Origin: Promethearchaeia archaeon
Lineage (GTDB): Archaea > Asgardarchaeota > Lokiarchaeia > Sigyniarchaeales > SOKP01
DNA length: 32,000 bases
Assembly (NCBI GenBank): GCA_046497275.1
Contig: JAWOFX010000032.1
Location: 5,569-37,568, forward strand
Direction: 5' to 3'
The position numbers and the translations under genes were made by a program. Below, piece after piece: positions 29,191 through 32,000 of this stretch (its first letter is position 1; each line of letters begins with the position of its first letter). Under the pieces are notes generated by a model. It saw only the letters and a program-made list of their open reading frames with translations. It made no database searches and had not been told where the DNA came from.

Positions 29191-30177
29191 ATGAATGAAG
29201 AAGATGACCAATTTATCAAATATGCTAATTATCATAATATTTCAGATTTTGCAAATTTTTCAATAAAAGAAATTATTGCTTTGCAATTCCTTGTTCGATA
29301 TCGTGAACCTATTGTGAGACATTTATTATATACAGAAGTGAAACAGTTTATTGAATTTAAAGAAACAGCTCCTGAAAAGAAAGATGTCGCTAAAAGTCCT
29401 AATTATGAGAAAAAATACTATGAATTTATTACTGAAAAAAAACAATTGTATCCTCCAAGTTTCTATAATATGCTTAATAGTTTGGAAGAAAAAGGGTTGC
29501 TTCAATTTATGGAAAATGATTCAGGAAAAATTCCAAATATAAAAGCAACACCTTATACTAATTATGTGCCGCAATTATTACTAAAATTTTTGATTAATAA
29601 CAATATAATGGTCTCTGAAGAATATCGTCAAGAATTCTCAAATCGTATTATGGAAAAAATAGCAAATCAGCAATTTAGTAGAATACTTTCGATATGGTTT
29701 TCGGAGTATGTTATGCTTCCCATTATCAATCTTCTTTCAAAATACACAAAAGAACAATACATTATCCCAAAGAATGGAACTGAAGATGGATTAAATGGAA
29801 CGAAAATAGAGGGTGTAAAAATCACTGAGATGATTGCAAAACACATATCTGCTCCAGAAAATATTTTTGATGCTGTCATAATTCCTGTATATAAAAAGAA
29901 TCCAAAATTTCATGATATGACACCTATTGAAATTTTAGAAGAAACTGCTCGTATTATTAAAAAAAATGGACTCCTTATTTTAGTCGCTATTGCCAAAATT
30001 CCTTATACTGAAAATATATTTCTTAATGAATTAATCAAATTATATAATCTCTCTCTTGTGAATCGAATCTTCACTAAAAATGAATTGAGTAATGATATGA
30101 AAAAAGCTGGCTTCTTTAATATTGAGATTTTTGAACATCAAGGACTTTTAATAGCACTGGGTAAAAAAGAGACATAA
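29191..30177 (+). CDS. Putative regulator: N-terminal winged-helix plus C-terminal SAM-methyltransferase-like fold
   Basis: wHTH-like segment (SFYNMLNSLEEKGLLQF) and a class I MTase-like C-terminus (FDAVII...EILEETARIIKKNGLLILV...MKKAGFFNIEI); no clear GxGxG motif I. Confidence 0.55.
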   Translation: MNEEDDQFIKYANYHNISDFANFSIKEIIALQFLVRYREPIVRHLLYTEVKQFIEFKETAPEKKDVAKSPNYEKKYYEFITEKKQLYPPSFYNMLNSLEEKGLLQFMENDSGKIPNIKATPYTNYVPQLLLKFLINNNIMVSEEYRQEFSNRIMEKIANQQFSRILSIWFSEYVMLPIINLLSKYTKEQYIIPKNGTEDGLNGTKIEGVKITEMIAKHISAPENIFDAVIIPVYKKNPKFHDMTPIEILEETARIIKKNGLLILVAIAKIPYTENIFLNELIKLYNLSLVNRIFTKNELSNDMKKAGFFNIEIFEHQGLLIALGKKET

Positions 30178-30306
30178 ATTGAGATTCAATACGAAATCAT
30201 ATTATTGTGAAAACGTAAAGAGAATTTATTAATCGATTTCATTCAAATATTTGAGTAATATAAAAAAAAGAGTTAAATAAAAATTAAAAAAATTAATTGA
30301 TTAAAT

Positions 30307-31422
30307 TTATTCCTCTACTGCAGCTTTGGATTTCTCTTGTTCTTCTATAGTTTCATAAGTACTTTCTAATACATTTAAATATTCTACCAGTACTTCATTT
30401 GCTTTTGATTTCTGCTCATATTGCGTTTTAATGATATTCAAAAGATATTTTGGAAAGATGCGTCTAATAACAAAGTCCGATATTAAGGCATAATATTCAT
30501 TGTTTTGTTTGTCTTGAAACACTTGAATCATATTATTATTCCATAAGAGCTTCAAAACTTCGTCCAAATCATCAACCCCCTTTTTCTTCAGTTTTTCTAA
30601 GTCATTTTTAGTGACAATTGAAGTTCTGAGTAACCTCAAGGTTTCATAAGTCTGTGGATTGATGAAAAGTTCTATAACTCCTAAATTATCATCTTCAGTT
30701 GGGCTGTAATTTGCAAAATATTTTTTGCATTCTGTCCTATAATCTTCTGCAAGAGGGGCAGGTAGACCACGATCACTCGGATCTCTTAGTAGCTTTACCA
30801 GTGGACGTCTAAGCATAACAATATCATTTGTGAGAAATATAAGTGCAGAAGGCATTCCTTTTACAGAGGCTTCTTTTATAATTTCCCGTTTTACCATTTC
30901 GATCAAGACTCCGTCTAAATCTACAAATCCTTGCTTATATTTATCTTTTAACCACACAGATAATTCGGATCTGGAGACAACACCTTCATCGCGGAGTCGG
31001 TTGATAATCAATCGTTTTATCTCATCTTCATACGTCATTGCAAGTCTTTGTTCATCATTTAAAGTAGGATAAACAGAGATTCTTTGGAATAATGATGGGA
31101 TCATACTTCTATATGCATCATCCTCAAGATTTTGAAGAATAGTTCGGGATACATCCGCTAAGCCTCCTTCATACGCATCAGGATCTTCATCAACGTTAAG
31201 AAGGAGTAAGATGTAATATCCTGAGTCTGGTCCCGTATAATATGAAGCGATGTTTAACGATCCAACCATTAGACTTATCATTCCTGCTTCTCCACTATAT
31301 TCATGTGTGCTATAGACTTGCATTAAAGTTTTATCGGTAATAGTTACTTCTTCTGGATATTTAGCCAAGATTTCAGTACCTACTCTTTCATTCCATCGCA
31401 TTAATACTAATCCAACTGGCAT
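30307..31422 (-). CDS. Hypothetical protein: N-terminal longin/uDENN-like domain plus C-terminal winged-helix-like repeats
   Basis: The N-terminus GLVLMRWNERVGTEILAKYPE resembles the uDENN/NPRL2-type first hairpin. Later segments (EGVVSRSELSVWL, SIVTKNDL...LDEVLKLLWNNNMIQVF) look wHTH-like. Confidence 0.55.
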   Translation of the reverse strand: MPVGLVLMRWNERVGTEILAKYPEEVTITDKTLMQVYSTHEYSGEAGMISLMVGSLNIASYYTGPDSGYYILLLLNVDEDPDAYEGGLADVSRTILQNLEDDAYRSMIPSLFQRISVYPTLNDEQRLAMTYEDEIKRLIINRLRDEGVVSRSELSVWLKDKYKQGFVDLDGVLIEMVKREIIKEASVKGMPSALIFLTNDIVMLRRPLVKLLRDPSDRGLPAPLAEDYRTECKKYFANYSPTEDDNLGVIELFINPQTYETLRLLRTSIVTKNDLEKLKKKGVDDLDEVLKLLWNNNMIQVFQDKQNNEYYALISDFVIRRIFPKYLLNIIKTQYEQKSKANEVLVEYLNVLESTYETIEEQEKSKAAVEE

Positions 31423-32000
31423 TTAATAGACACCTCCTTCATTTGATTTATTAAGCGTTTTAGCCTTCTTCTCATGTGTTCCTAATTTATCTTTCAATGA
31501 AAGTCCAAGTTTTTCCCAGTCTTCCCCATACATTTCTGCTATATATTCTTCTTTAGAAGGATAGAGATTCTTGTCAGAAATTGATTTACCACCCTTAATT
31601 TCCTTCTTGATTGCCCTAGTTCTTTTGACGAATTCTGGTATTCGAGCGATTTGGATATATCTATAAGTTGCTAAAGCTCCGACAACGGCTCCAACACCTA
31701 TCACAATCAACAAGAAATAGAACATTGGAAATCCGGGGAATATTTCTGTCATACCTACAATAATACTAAATTCATAAGTTTCTTTTTCATAATATTGTCC
31801 TTTCTCAATGTTTAGTTCTGCTGATAAAGTATTCGGAATAAAGAATGCATCAATATTTCCTGTAGCGAATTGATATTCATATATTCCTGTTTGAATCTCA
31901 TCTAAAGGATAGCTGGTTCCATCAATGGTTAAACTCACATCTGCATTGGTTAATAATTGACTTCCATTGGTCGGATCTCTCAAGGTGATACGGATAGTTA
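31423..32000 (-). CDS. C-terminal part of a membrane-anchored (probably surface) protein; 5'-partial, frame open to the window end
   Basis: Beta-rich extracellular-like segment, one TM helix (PMFYFLLIVIGVGAVVGALATY) and a basic cytoplasmic tail; no stop between 31983 and 32000. Confidence 0.75.
   Translation of the reverse strand, partial: TIRITLRDPTNGSQLLTNADVSLTIDGTSYPLDEIQTGIYEYQFATGNIDAFFIPNTLSAELNIEKGQYYEKETYEFSIIVGMTEIFPGFPMFYFLLIVIGVGAVVGALATYRYIQIARIPEFVKRTRAIKKEIKGGKSISDKNLYPSKEEYIAEMYGEDWEKLGLSLKDKLGTHEKKAKTLNKSNEGGVY
31431..31437 (-). promoter_or_regulatory. Shine-Dalgarno site for the 30307..31422 gene
   Basis: The minus strand reads GGAGGTG-TCTATTAA-ATG: an 8-nt spacer, with the upstream stop TAA directly abutting the ATG. 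Confidence 0.7.

Noticed and set aside
1679-30830. Short antisense or alternate-frame ORFs in the track (e.g. 1679..1879, 2308..2553, 5342..5593, 6590..6817, 13494..13850, 16832..17164, 28193..28462)
   Set aside because: They lie within well-supported genes and have no recognisable motifs; treated as shadow ORFs.

Overview
AT-rich archaeal window that looks like Asgard (Lokiarchaeia/Promethearchaeota-like) chromosomal DNA. This call rests on gene content, not on a marker gene. In order, it contains: the 3' part of a selenocysteine-containing hdrA; a two-Sec mvhD/vhuD followed by a eukaryote-type SECIS candidate; a ZIP transporter; a SNAP/TPR-like + Ig-fold protein; two radical SAM enzymes; an interrupted AMP phosphorylase gene; three tandem HEAT-LRR genes; DNA ligase; a gelsolin-domain protein; hisG-hisD-hisC; a Zn-ribbon/tandem-longin-like protein; a GH36 alpha-galactosidase; acdA; an LbH protein; hypB; a fourth HEAT-LRR gene; a form IV RuBisCO-like protein; a wHTH-methyltransferase-fold protein; a longin/DENN-like wHTH protein; and a partial membrane-anchored protein. 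The main finding is a 31-nt insertion (6568-6598) inside the conserved DKHSTGG motif of AMP phosphorylase. It folds into a bulge-helix-bulge-like structure whose predicted cut sites exactly restore the reading frame, so it is a candidate endonuclease-spliced mRNA intron. No tRNA, rRNA, CRISPR array or transposase was recognised. All calls come from reading motifs and base-pairing by eye; no searches were run.
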